DNA of 64,000 nucleotides, taken from Cyanidioschyzon merolae. Taxonomy: Eukaryota. The stretch lies in the NCBI GenBank assembly GCA_000091205.1, contig AP006488.2. One strand, given 5' to 3'. Below are positions 1 to 11,944 of the stretch, piece after piece. A program made the translations under genes and the position numbers. Within the stretch, counting starts at the first letter, position 1. Every line of letters begins with the position of its first letter. The notes under the pieces are model-generated. The model saw nothing but the letters and a program-made list of their open reading frames with translations. It ran no database searches and was not told the origin of the DNA.

Positions 1-377
1 GTCGAATCGTGCGTGACGAGCAGGATCCTTTATGCATTCGTGAAATCGTAGAAAAGAAACAGATCGATAGCATGCCAGAAACGAATCCTCGAAAGCGCAT
101 GCTCGCCGATTGCGATGAATTCAACTCTGGTATTTTCGTTGCCCGAGCCCCGGCACTGTTCAGAGCTCTCGGGAGTGTGCTTCCGCACAGAGTAGGTCAA
201 CATCGTTGTGAGTACTATGCCACAGACTTTGTGGAGCACATGGTTGCATATGGCCTTCACGTTTATGCATGGCAGGTACCAGCTGCACTACAGTTCAAGA
301 TAGAGGGTGCGAACACGTTGGAAGAGGCTCAAGAGCTCGAGCGGCGCTTGCGAACGCAGTCATCGAGCGGTAGATAG
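1..377 (+). CDS. C-terminal fragment of a sugar-phosphate nucleotidyltransferase (GlmU-N-terminal/NTP_transferase-like); 5' end lies outside the window
   Basis: The translation '...FNSGIFVA...HRCEYYATDFVEHMVAYGLHVYAWQV...' matches the 'NTGI...GEYYxTD...A..G..V' block of GlmU-type nucleotidyltransferases. The ORF runs to TAG at 375-377 and is open at the window start. Confidence 0.4.
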   Translation, partial: RIVRDEQDPLCIREIVEKKQIDSMPETNPRKRMLADCDEFNSGIFVARAPALFRALGSVLPHRVGQHRCEYYATDFVEHMVAYGLHVYAWQVPAALQFKIEGANTLEEAQELERRLRTQSSSGR

Positions 378-544
378 ACGCATGCGGTACCGTTGTCAAA
401 ATTTAAAACGGTAACGAATGTCGGCTCAACTTCCCGTGAGGAGTGCCGCTGCGTGTGGGTACGCTGTCATTCCAGGGGTAGAGAACCTGTTGCAAGCGGA
501 CGAAACCAGCGCGGTTGCCTCAAATGCTTACCTCGCTTTTTTTC

Positions 545-2791
545 GGTTATACTCAAAGCACTGAATTTTGGAACAGCTGTGCTGGCTCACCTTTTATGTT
601 TTTGTTTGTCTTTCTCTCAGGTCCCTCATAAAAGCAATCCATCCTTTGGGTGCGAGAACGCTCGCGGAAACACCAAAGGCCCTCACTGCCAGCTTGCGAG
701 CACAACGGCTTCAGTTCTACGAGTGAGTCACTCAGTGGGTTCATCAAGCGAATGAGCTACACGTCGCCTGGCCCTGATCCTGGGGCTCGGGAGCCCAAAA
801 CAGAACTTATCCAGCGCTACCCCAACGATTGCCTCTTCTTCAGCGCATTCCACTCCATGCGTACGCTGACAATGACTCCAAAACATGCCGCAGGATGTCG
901 GGTTTCGACACCCTTCATACGAATGGTGATGAAGAGTCACCGATGGAATACGCAGAAGCACGCGGCTATGGGAGGCCTTTGCGCGTCGCATACCTGGTCA
1001 TCGATTCCGTATGGAAACACGAGCTCGTATTCCGCGGGCAACGGACGTTTGCCGCTCTCGATGAGACACGTCCAGCTACGGACGCTCGACATGTGGCTAG
1101 GTACGCCACGAAGGGCATATTGCCGTCCTACACGACGACACAAGCGAGCATGAAGCCACCATGTGCTCCAGTGGCGACCACATCCCGCAGTTGCCACCGA
1201 GCCGCCAAACAGACATGTCCCTTCGACACACCTGATCGTTCGTCGACGCACTTTTGGCTTCTTGGTCCCACTCTCATCTGCCGCGATCTCAGAAGAGATC
1301 GCTGTCCAGTACGCCGTAGGTGCCATCGAGTACACACGCGAGGGCGGCGTTGAGCGGCTCGGCGATCCTGCATACTGGTTCAGGTTCAGAGCAGTCATAG
1401 GCCCCTTGTCGGTTGTCAACCGCCATACAAGCGCTCGCGGATCTATAGACGACGAGTCGTTCGCATCCGTGGACCCGAAAGCCGCAGAACGCCTTCAGAG
1501 CTCGCGCAGCTTCGTTCCTGGCGGATGCTCGCGCAGCTTCTCTAGCTTTGGTGCACCTCGTCCAGCAGCAGCTGTTCAGAGCAGCTGCGCATGCAGAGGA
1601 GCCAGCTGTGCGCATTCCTCGGGGCGTGCTCGAGCGAGCCTTTCCGAGGCACAGTACAGCTGATGCTCTGCACAGAGGATACGATACGGCGTGCTCGTGA
1701 ACTAGCGGAATTGCAAACAAACACATAAACACACTTACTCACATACACATAAACACAAACACACGTTCTAGCGTACCTTGACCTGCACGCTACCGCATCA
1801 GCGAACGCAAGTGCTACAGTATAGGTCCCTGAAGGAATCGAATGAGCACCACTATCCTAGAGCAGCTGCAGTTCCGCGCTGAGCGCTCCATGAGGCGCAC
1901 GCTTTTGATGCCGCATCCTACACTCAGTGGCCGAGAAAAGCGTGACTGATGCAGCGGATTCATGGCGCGTCGATAGAGCTAAACTGCGGAATAGTGGCGG
2001 AGACTGCAGTGGCAGCGGACTCGGAAGCGCTGCCCCAACGCCAGCCAGAGTCGCCCTCGCACCGAGCCAACAAGCTGGCTTTCGCTAGCGCGTTCCGCGA
2101 GTCGGAGAACAAAGTGGCCGATCAACTGCGTCGTTTGGAGGGAGCGTACGGCGTGGAGCACGCTACAGCGCACAGGCGCTTCTCTCCATTTCGCTTGACA
2201 CGAGCGTACGTCGAGTGCAGCGATCGGCTCTGCAGGACGCTCACCGACGCGTTCAGCACACCGTACGCACAGCACGAGCACGAGCACGAGCACGAACTCA
2301 CAACGAAACAGGTAGCGTGGACGAGTGTGAAGCAGTGCCGGACGCTCTAGACGGTGTACGGCAAGCTTGCCGGACGTCCGACGGCGATGCAACTGGACGC
2401 GGCAGGCTCTCTGGGGCGTGACCCCACCCCCCCGGCAGCGACGTACTGTAGGGCTCTCACTCTCCCCGAAACTCGAACGCCAGGCTCAGCGTCTGGAAAT
2501 ATGTCGGGCGTGTGGAGCGTCCAGCGAGTTTGTGCCGAACGAGTTCGCCAACGAATCCACGAGGTCTCAGTGTGGGCGTTGCGGTGAAACGCGACAGACT
2601 ACCGATGCAGCACTATCAGAGGCGAGTTGCCAGGAGAGCGTGTCCAACGGGTTTCCACCTGGAGTTAGACACCGAAATGGTACGTTTCAGGAAACCAGCG
2701 AGTTTGGTGTGTCGTTTATATACACCGGGATCGGTTCTTCTTCGCGGATACTGAACGATAATGGTTTTCAGCTATTCGATGCTAATGAGTA
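545..2791 (+). repeat. R1 dispersed repeat, copy 1 (2.25 kb)
   Basis: Near-identical to 7880-10145 and 14170-16423. Boundaries are where the three copies diverge: left 'GGTTATA(C/A)TCAAAGCACTG', right '...GATGCTAATGAGTA'. It contains a CA-rich tract, (CACGAG)n and a poly-C tract, with no convincing long CDS. The 3' part carries 'ICRACG...QCGRCGETRQTTDAAL', a possible degenerate zinc-ribbon/RuvC-III remnant. Confidence 0.85.
2267..2296. repeat. (CACGAG)n microsatellite, about 4 units, inside R1 copy 1
   Basis: Direct reading of the sequence. The same site has about 7 units in copy 2 and about 5 in copy 3. Confidence 0.9.
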
Positions 2792-3228
2792 CTGGCGTAC
2801 CACCCAAAAGCTGTACCTAGAAAGAATTCGTTTAAAATGTTTCATTCATAGAGAGGGATTCATGCAAGCTGAGGCAACCGGTTCCGAGGGGTCTAACAAT
2901 GAAGCCTCGTGGGCTGCACCCGGGCACTTGTCTTTTGTCTCGCAAAAGCATAAGTCACGTGTTTGTTCGGCTTTTCGTTTGCTTTGTGAGGTCGCACACG
3001 TGGGGCAAACTGTGATGCTATGGCCGGTAGGCCCTTTCTCAAACATCCGACAAGGGGAGTGTGCACGGTTATGCTGTCCACAAGCAGTTGAAAACGCTTT
3101 CTTGATATTCGCCCATCCTGTGTGTAGGTGGTCACGCCTCTGATTAGAGACGCCGGTAGCGCCGAAAGCAACAGCTCGCAAAACGTTCGCACCTTTTTCG
3201 GGAGCAGTCAGCACCCACATGTCTACTT

Positions 3229-4527
3229 CTAGACATTAAGAATTCCTAGGAACAGGGTCAAAAGAATACACAGAGGTATCAGAGACAGCAGATACGTCAC
3301 AAGAAGCTGACGGCCTGCATACGCTGCCTCGTCTGCGTCACCTTCGAGTTGGAGGCCAACCACGATATTCTGCGCGGGTGGCATCACTGCTTGGAGAATC
3401 ATTACGAAACGCATCAGGGTACCCGTTGGTCCCGCGGGAATCAATCCGAAAGCGTCCGCAAGTGGAAATATGAGTGCAAACGTCAAACATGGGAGAAGAA
3501 TACAGCGTGTTATCAACGCTGGAACCACAATTTCGAAATCTGCTGAGCCAAGAAGCCGCAGAGCCCGCTGATACAGTCCAACGATAAAGCTCAGCGGCAG
3601 AAACAGCTTGGTTGGGTGCGATGCAGTCGTTGATGATCCATTCCGTGCGACAAAACTGTATCTGGCGGAGGAGCCGTGCCCAGGTCTGCTCGCCAACGAG
3701 GCTGCTAAAACGAGCATAGCACATGCCCCGTTCGCTGCAGCCAAAGATTTCACTGTAAGGACGAGCCCAACCGAGAGCACGTGATTGTTCTGGAAGAGGA
3801 GGTTTCGCAGCGGAGCAACGAGTCCGCAGAGCAGACCGATAATCGATGCAAACGCGGGCGGTGTCCCGAGAGCATAGATCAGTGACCCTATTCGACGAAT
3901 GGCTACAGTGTAGAGGCCGCTGTGCAGTATCTTTGAAGTCGCTTCATACTTCGGTGGATCCCCCGATCGCTGTGGATCCATATCAGGGGCGCCCGTTTTC
4001 GTGCCTTCCAACTGCTGAGCGTTTTCAACATTTGGTGCACCGAAATTTGCATGAAGATAAGGCCAAAAAGCTGCAGTCCAAGTAATACAGTAGATCGACA
4101 TCAATCCTAAGCTGCTCGTCGCCCGACTTGGATCGGATGCAAAGATGCTACTATAAAAGAGTCCAGGCAAAGAGGTAGAGTTTCCAAAACCGCAAGCAAT
4201 TCTGATGAACCGGCGCTTATTCGAGGAAACTTGCAGGAGAGCAGATAGCAGCTCACCAGCGGCAATGCCTGCAATGATATGCAGGAACGCTGCAAAAAAG
4301 AGTGGCAACATGGATGTGTGCCCGCTTGAAGCCACATGTGCGGAAATATTCACAAAACACAGCGCCGGAAGAAAAATATGGTACACAGCTTTGGATAGAC
4401 CTTGAACGGTTTGAGGGTCCAATATATGTGTGCGATGAAGCAAATATCCAGTCATAAGAAACAGGGACATCTCCCAAACCGCAATGAGCGACGCACGGAC
4501 TACTTCAAGTCGGAAGACATATTCCAT
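3229..4527 (-). CDS. Membrane transport protein of the auxin efflux carrier (Mem_trans/PIN-like) family
   Basis: The 433-aa minus-strand ORF runs from ATG (complement 4525-4527) to TAG. It is a multi-helix hydrophobic protein with a central hydrophilic loop. The C-terminal block '...MILQAVMPPAQNIVVGLQLEGDADEAAYAGRQLLVTYLLSLIPLCILLTLFLG' is typical of the family. Confidence 0.7.
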   Translation of the reverse strand: MEYVFRLEVVRASLIAVWEMSLFLMTGYLLHRTHILDPQTVQGLSKAVYHIFLPALCFVNISAHVASSGHTSMLPLFFAAFLHIIAGIAAGELLSALLQVSSNKRRFIRIACGFGNSTSLPGLFYSSIFASDPSRATSSLGLMSIYCITWTAAFWPYLHANFGAPNVENAQQLEGTKTGAPDMDPQRSGDPPKYEATSKILHSGLYTVAIRRIGSLIYALGTPPAFASIIGLLCGLVAPLRNLLFQNNHVLSVGLVLTVKSLAAANGACAMLVLAASLASRPGHGSSARYSFVARNGSSTTASHPTKLFLPLSFIVGLYQRALRLLGSADFEIVVPALITRCILLPCLTFALIFPLADAFGLIPAGPTGTLMRFVMILQAVMPPAQNIVVGLQLEGDADEAAYAGRQLLVTYLLSLIPLCILLTLFLGILNV

Positions 4528-5729
4528 GGAGCGCCTATGTTTTGATACCTGTGCAGAAGAGAATCTGGCAGTGTCGGATGCAGCAGCGCACAGTTTCAGG
4601 CTTCGATGGCGTCCTAGTGCCGTTCCCATGGACCGCACACGACTTTCTGGAAACTCCTGCAGTCCCATCGACCATGGTCGATGCAATGGGGCAATGGTCG
4701 AAACCCGACACTGCAGCTTGACGCTCAACGGGGACTTTTTTCGAGTCTCGACGGAGACGCTTTCCCGCGTACTCCTGGTTGCCGCAACCGGCACGGGCAG
4801 TGTTGGTACCGGACTTTCCCCGAGATGCATTCGGGAACGCCGCACTAGACGAGCTGATCTTTTTGTCCAGTTGGATCCTCGTGCACCACATCTTCGCGAA
4901 TATGCAGCTTCCGGCGCATGCTTGGAGTTAATCAAGCCCTGCGCAGAAACCCCACAGAACGATAGACAGCGAGCACCCAGGGCGTCGCCAATCTCACAAG
5001 CTCCACCAGCGACGAGGCCTCGCGCTCGCGATAGGCAAACGTCATCTTTGGTTCCACATGCGAAGACATAAGGCATCATGAATGTTTCAGAAGCAAATTG
5101 GCTGTGCAGTTGCCAGCGTGCAAAGCACGACCCCAAGCGTGCACGGGAACGAGTGTTCGCCGCTCCCTATCAGGTCTCTCCAGACGCTTCCAAATAAAAG
5201 TACACCGAAATCAAAACCACCTCTGCCTATATCCTTCGAGTGTTGCCAACTTAACAGCTTACTGTAAACAAGCAAGAAATAGCACTGCAGCACAATGTAC
5301 CGGTGCCTGCACACCTCGCCAGGCAAAACTGCAACGCCAAGCCGCACCTTCACGCAGGCAAACGTGGTCGGAGGGAAAGCTCCTACCCGATTTCCAGTGC
5401 ACTCAATAAGCTTAGAGAGAGCAACTGGGAATGGAAGCGTTGAATTGAACAGAAGCTGCTACTGAGTTGCAACGAATCCTCTACGCATACGGGCACCGCT
5501 TCGTCTGCCCTGTATCGTATGACGCAACAGAATCGCGTCAGCGCTCTAGAGCGATTCCGCCACCGCTCATAGACGGTGTCGAACGTCGAAGCGAGGGATT
5601 CTCCGAGAGGCTCGGAAGCTCCCCGTGGGAACACGTTGACGTTTGGAAAGTTTCCGAGGCTGTTTGGTGACAGGCAGGGGCGAGCTACAGCGCAGCTTAC
5701 AGGACTGCTTTGTTGGCCTGCTGCTTCGG

Positions 5730-7337
5730 ATGTCCTCGCGGCCTGGCCCCGAGTTCAGCGGGGCACCGTTTCGAAGTCAGGAGTCGAATATTGTGGCGGC
5801 GGTCCCGCCGGGGAGCTCTCCTCCGGTCAAGATAGGGTCCTATGTGCTCGGAAAAACGCTTGGTGTCGGATCTTTTGGTAAAGTCAAGGAAGGCTATCAC
5901 GAGCTATGTGGTCAGAAGGTTGCCGTGAAGATTCTGAATAGAAGTAAGGTGCACGTCATGGATATGACGCCGAAAGTGCGTCGAGAGATCATGATTCTTC
6001 GCCTTCTGAATCATAAGCACCTCATCAAACTCTATGAGGTGATTGAGTGCCCCAGCGATATTTTTGTGGTCACTGAGTACATAAGCGGTGGCGAGCTCTT
6101 CGACTTTATCGTTGAGCGCGGACGGCTGCCGGAGAATGAGGCCCGGCGCTTCTTTCAACAGCTCATCGGTGGCGTAGAATATTGCCACCGACACATGATC
6201 ATACACCGAGATCTGAAACCAGAGAACTTGCTCTTGGACGAGAATTTGAACATCAAAATTGCCGACTTGGGCCTGGCGAACATCGCTCGAGATGGAGAGT
6301 TTTTACGCACCTCGTGCGGCTCCCCGAACTACGCGGCACCAGAGGTCATTAGCGGAAAGCCATATGCAGGCCCAGAAGTAGACATATGGTCCTGTGGTGT
6401 TATTCTGTACGCACTTCTGTGTGGCTCGTTGCCTTTTGATGATGAATCCATTGCGGCACTGTTTCGACGCATTAAGAGCGGTCAGTACCAGATGCCATCC
6501 TACTTGTCGCCGGGCGCCCGAGATTTGATCAGCAGAATGCTCATTGTGGATCCGCTCGCCCGAATTACGATAGAACAGATTCGCAAGCACCCTTGGTTTG
6601 TTGAGAACCTTCCACGGTATTTGTCGCTTCCACCGCCGACGGGGTGTGCGAGAAGCCGCTCTATCAATGTTGAGGTTCTGCGGGAATGCATTCGACGAAC
6701 AGGGTTTCCCGAGGAAAAAATTGTCTGGTCCTTGAAGCATGGGAAGCGAAATGCGTACACGGTGGCGTACGAGTTAATTCATGATGCAATGAATCGGATG
6801 GACGATTCTATGCTTCAGCCAGTGGATATTCGTTCACTGTTCAGCTTTCCCGGTATCGGCACTGGATCTCGGGAGAAGAATGTTCCCGAGAGCATAGATA
6901 CCGGAGCTCATGGTGATGCAGCTTCGCGAGCGGCAGTGTTGCCAAGTAGCGCAACAAGCGCTGCATCCGCATCTCCGTTGCAATATCTTGATGAGCTAGA
7001 CGAAGACGACATCATGCCATGCTTCGTCTTCGGGTCAGCATCTCGTCGAATCCAGCTCGGAATCGTCAATAGCTATCTTTCGGCTTCTGAAATTATGATG
7101 GAGCTGTACCGAGCGCTCTCCGTATTGCAGTGGAGATGGAAATCACCATCGGTTTACCATATTCGAGTGATAGCTGCGAGCATCGAGTCAGCGTTACCCG
7201 GTGCGAAACAGGTGCGATTGGTAATTCAGTTGTACAGAACGACAAGCCGCTTTGTCGTGGATATAGCACTTCACGATGGTGACCTTTTCAGCTTTATCCT
7301 CGCCTGTCATATGATCGTATGCGAGCTGCGGATCTAG
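5730..7337 (+). CDS. SNF1: SNF1/AMPK-alpha family serine/threonine protein kinase
   Basis: Full kinase catalytic domain: GxGxxG 'LGVGSFGKV', 'HRDLKPENLLLD', 'TSCGSPNYAAPEVISGKPYAGPEVDIWSCGVILYALLCGSLPFDDESIAALFRRIKSG'. It also has an AMPK-alpha-type C-terminal regulatory domain. ATG at 5730, TAG at 7335-7337, no introns needed. Confidence 0.9.
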   Translation: MSSRPGPEFSGAPFRSQESNIVAAVPPGSSPPVKIGSYVLGKTLGVGSFGKVKEGYHELCGQKVAVKILNRSKVHVMDMTPKVRREIMILRLLNHKHLIKLYEVIECPSDIFVVTEYISGGELFDFIVERGRLPENEARRFFQQLIGGVEYCHRHMIIHRDLKPENLLLDENLNIKIADLGLANIARDGEFLRTSCGSPNYAAPEVISGKPYAGPEVDIWSCGVILYALLCGSLPFDDESIAALFRRIKSGQYQMPSYLSPGARDLISRMLIVDPLARITIEQIRKHPWFVENLPRYLSLPPPTGCARSRSINVEVLRECIRRTGFPEEKIVWSLKHGKRNAYTVAYELIHDAMNRMDDSMLQPVDIRSLFSFPGIGTGSREKNVPESIDTGAHGDAASRAAVLPSSATSAASASPLQYLDELDEDDIMPCFVFGSASRRIQLGIVNSYLSASEIMMELYRALSVLQWRWKSPSVYHIRVIAASIESALPGAKQVRLVIQLYRTTSRFVVDIALHDGDLFSFILACHMIVCELRI

Positions 7338-7879
7338 ACGGGCCGTGCTTCATTTGGCTCCTTCCTTCGCTCATGTAGCGCGAACGCAACACCGCTCTAA
7401 ACGCCGGACGCAAAGCGCGTACTCACCGCTTCATCTGCCCTGGACTGAACCTGTCCAAGAAAGCGAAGAGTTCTGATAGTCAACAGAACGTCCCTTTCCT
7501 GAAGAATAGGTGGTTGCTCGAATGTCTGTTATGCAGCAAATGCATTGCAGGTGCTGTCGGCATATCTCGACGACTACTGGTGTTATCATCTTTAATGGTT
7601 TCTTTTGGCCATTCCATAGGTGTTGGCTAGACACAACGACCTACCATTGTAAAAGAGCTATTCGCTCGATTCGCACAAGAGGCTGTTCAGGAACATGGAG
7701 CACAGAATCAGTGGCGCATTCGCAACCGCCTCAGTACACTGTTCCGTTTGGAGGCGCTAAACTGCAAGTCGCTGATGTGGCTTTGTCGTCGGCGCGTCTG
7801 TTCAATCGTCACCTAGGTGCTCAGAAGCCACGACCCGTTATCTCTGGAATGCACGCTGAAGAACGACCTCGAGCACGAG

Positions 7880-9605
7880 GGTTATAATCAAAGCACTGAA
7901 TTTTGGAACAGCTGTGCTGGCTCACCTTTTATGTTTTTGTTTGTCTTTCTCTCAGGTCCCTCATAAAAGCAATCCATCCTTTGGGTGCGAGAACGCTCGC
8001 GGAAACACCAAAGGCCCTCACTGCCAGCTTGCGAGCATAACGGCTTCAGTTCTACGAGTGAGTCACTCTGTGGGTTTACCAAGCGAATGAGCTGCACGTC
8101 GCCTGGCCCTGATCCTGGGGCTCGGGAGCCCAAAACAGAACTTATCCAGCGCTACCCCAACGATTGCCTCTTCTTCTGCGCATTCCACTCCATGCGTACG
8201 CTGACAATGACTCCAAAACATGCCGCAGGGTGTCGAGTTTCCACACCCTTCATACGAATGGTGATGAAGAGTCACCGATGGAATACGCAGAAGCACGCGG
8301 CTATGGGAGGCCTTTGCGCGTCGCATACCTGGTCATCGATTCCGTATGGAAACACGAGCTCGTATTCCGCGGGCAACGGACGTTTGCCGCTCTCGATGAG
8401 ACACGTCCAGCTACGGACGCTCGACATGTGGCTAGGTACGCCACGAAGGGCATATTGCCGTCCTACACGACGACACAAGCGAGCATGAAGCCACCATGTG
8501 CTCCAATGGCGACCACATCCATCAGTTGCCACCGAGCCGCCAAACAGACATGTCCCTTCGACACACCTGATCGTTCGTCGACGCACTTTTGGCTTCTTGG
8601 TCCCACTCTCATCTGCCGCGATCTCAGAAGAGATCGCTGTCCAGTACGCGGTAGGTGCCATCGAGTACACACGCGAGGGCGGCGTTGAGCGGCTCGGCGA
8701 TCCTGCATACTGGTTCAGGTTCAGAGCAGTCATAGGCCCCTTGTCGGTTGTCAACCGCCATACAAGCGCTCGCGGATCTATAGACGACGAGTCGTTCGCA
8801 TCCGTGGACCCGAAAGCCGCAGAACGCCTTCAGAGCTCGCGCAGCTTCGTTCCCGGCGGATGCTCGCGCAGCTTCTCTAGCTTTGGTGCACCTCGTCCAG
8901 CAGCAGCTGTTCAGAGCAGCTGCGCATGCAGAGGAGCCAGCTGTGCGCATTCCTCGGGGCGTGCTCGAGCGAGCCTTTCCGAGGCACAGTACAGCTGATG
9001 CTCTGCACAGAGGATACGATACGGCGTGCTCGTGAACTAGCGGAATTGCAAACAAACACATAAACACACTTACTCACATACACATAAACACAAACACACG
9101 TTCTAGCGTACCTTGACCTGCACGCTACCGCATCAGCGAACGCAAGTGCTACAGTATAGGTCCCTGAAGGAATCGAATGAGCACCACTATCCTAGAGCAG
9201 CTGCAGTTCCGCGCTGAGCGCTCCATGAGGCGCACGCTTTTGATGCCGCATCCTACACTCAGTGGCCGAGAAAAGCGTGACTGATGCAGCGGATTCATGG
9301 CGCGTCGATAGAGCTAAACTGCGGAATAGTGGCGGAGACTGCAGTGGCAGCGGACTCGGAAGCGCTGCCCCAACGCCAGCCAGAGTCGCTCTCGCACCGA
9401 GCCGACAAGCTGGCTTTCGCTAGCGCGTTCCGTGAGTCGGAGAACAAAGTGGCCGATCAACTGCGTCGTTTGGAGGGAGCGTACGGCGTGGAGCACGCTA
9501 CAGCGCACAGGCGCTTCTCTCCATTTCGCTTGACACGAGCGTACGTCGAGTGCAGTGATCGGCTCTGCAGGACGCTCACCGACGCGTTCAGCACACCGTA
9601 CGCAC

Positions 9606-9648
<43 letters not shown>

Positions 9649-10145
9649 ACTCACAACGAAACAGGTAGCGTGGACGAGTGTGAAGCAGTGCCGGACGCTC
9701 TAGACGGTGTACGGCAAGCTTGCCGGACGTCCGACGGCGATGCAACTGGACGCGGCAGGCTCTCTGGGGCGTGACCCCCACCCCCCCGGCAGCGACGTAC
9801 TGTAGGGCTCTCTCTCTCCCCGAAACTCGAACGCCAGGCTCAGCGTCTGGAAATATGTCGGGCGTGTGGAGCGTCCAGCGAGTTTGTGCCGAACGAGTTC
9901 GCCAACGAATCCACGAGGTCTCAGTGTGGGCGTTGCGGTGAAACGCGACAGACTACCGATGCAGCACTATCAGAGGCGAGTTGCCAGGAGAGCGTGTCCA
10001 ACGGGTTTCCACCTGGAGTTAGACACCGAAATGGTACGTTTCAGGAAACCAGCGAGTTTGGTGTGTCGTTTATATACACCGGGATCGGTTCTTCTTCGCG
10101 GATACTGAACGATAATGGTTTTCAGCTATTCGATGCTAATGAGTA
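7880..10145 (+). repeat. R1 dispersed repeat, copy 2
   Basis: About 98-99% identical to copies 1 and 3. (CACGAG)n is expanded to about 7 units at 9608-9649. The poly-C tract is one C longer than in copy 1. Confidence 0.85.
9608..9649. repeat. (CACGAG)7 microsatellite inside R1 copy 2
   Basis: Direct reading. Copy number differs between the three R1 copies. Confidence 0.9.
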
Positions 10146-11944
10146 TGAATGGTTTTGGACTGTCTCTTGTGGCGTGAGGAGTATCGAAAAATTATGAACA
10201 TGTCCTCGGAGGCCCACTCGATAAGTTTGTCTGCGATAGGTGTCCACGCCCACGTGGATTTGGCTCAAGAAACCCCAAATATCTTTAATACTGCACCGGC
10301 GGGTATTTTGCACCTGTGATGCAACTTTGCGAGGCCTGCGTTCGGATATGCCCTCTGTGTGGCGTACAAGATCTTCATGTACGCCGGATACGCTGCAATA
10401 TTGACATGGGAGTTTGAGGCTACGTTGCGCTGCGTTCGTGCAGATGTAGATGCATTTGATCTGGATGCGTTGCTTTCGTTGTTTGCGCTGCCAGCTTGAG
10501 CAGCCTCGTCAGTCATAACAGGCAGTGATCCCTCGACATAAAGTGCTTTGGCGTGATTCTGGAACACTTGGTTGACGCGGAACGATCCGTATGCTTGATG
10601 CCGTTTCTCTTAATCAACCAATATTGTAGTCCGGCATTTTCTTTTGCAAATCTGTGCATTTTTGAATCCAAAGAAACGTTCAATGCTGAGCATGGACCGC
10701 ACAGCTGTAGTCGCGCTGCTTCCCCGTCGCGAGAAAGCTTTCGCTCTGCGGGCGCTCATGGGGCACTTCATGTAAGTATGTTTGGGCGGGGTCGCGGGTG
10801 CCCCGCTTCCTAGGCAGCTGTGCCGATGAAGGCACACTTTTTCCATGTTGGAGTCTATTGGAGACCAATAGGCTTGACGCTTTTGCCCGAGCAGTGCGCT
10901 TCATAGCTGGCACGGCGTCGGCTACTCCATAGCCATGAATTGTGGCATGCCAGCGCTTTATCCCTTTGTTCTTCGATGGGATCTCCACCGTCTACGAGTG
11001 AACGTGCGCCAGCAGGAGCCTTTCCGGAGGGAGCAGTCGTTACATGCGCGCAACATCGGACCCAAGCGTTTGGCAGTTCCAATTAGGTGCTGTAAGATAA
11101 GGAATACAATCCATCTCGTTGCTCTCTTTTACTCTAAATCGACCAGACGTTTGTCAGCTGCACCACTTTCATACATGAGTCAGACGGCAGCTGGATTAGT
11201 TGATGTGTCACATGCGATGCCTCCGCCGTCCTGTGAGCACATAAACATCTTCATTGCTTCTGCTTTCGAGTCCAAGCAGGTCCTAGCCTCGCTCAGCAGA
11301 TGCAGGATTAAGGTTTTAGGAATTAACTTCCAAGCTGTTGGAGAATCTGTCGATGGCAATTGAAACTCAAAGAAGTTTGTGGGGTATCCCTCTCTTTCAA
11401 CGGCACGTCAGCATGAGAAATCTTCAAACAGTGAATGCAATGCAGGCGAGAGTGTTCATTACCAGGTTACGCCCGTCTTCGCGAGAGGACTCTCTTTTCT
11501 GGAGAGGCGTTATTGAAACGCATCCTATGCGAGCAGCTCCTCGTTACACTGGGTCGTTCTCATCACAGGCACATAAAATTTTAGATGAGCTCATCCATTC
11601 ATTACGAATCCGTGGAGTACACGCTGAGCACCGTGCGCTCCAGCTGCGGAGAATCACTCGGAATTCAAGTGCAGTGCCTCCCAATTTGCACGATCTGCAC
11701 TCCAAGTCCAACGACTTGCATCGCTTGAATCTGGTTCCCTGTCCAAAGGACCCTGTCTTGCTGGCAGAAGCTGGGTGAATATTACGGACATTGGCGTTTG
11801 GAGCCCTGCCAACTCCAGCTGGTGGAACAGCAGTTTATGTTCTGCAATCCCCGCTTTTCCTTATACCTCCAAGATCCATGGTAAACGTGATCAGTAAAAC
11901 GAACGAAATCCCGCGACCATGGAGGGTAAACTGAAACCTACTGA

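Noticed and set aside
2893-3220. Many 60-260-aa ORFs overlapping real genes on the opposite strand or in other frames, for example 2893-3192, 21346-22083, 33031-33546, 44771-45328 and 56063-56848.
   Set aside because: Typical chance ORFs in roughly 55% GC DNA. They have no domain content, and wherever a conserved gene is present the opposite strand or other frame is clearly non-coding.
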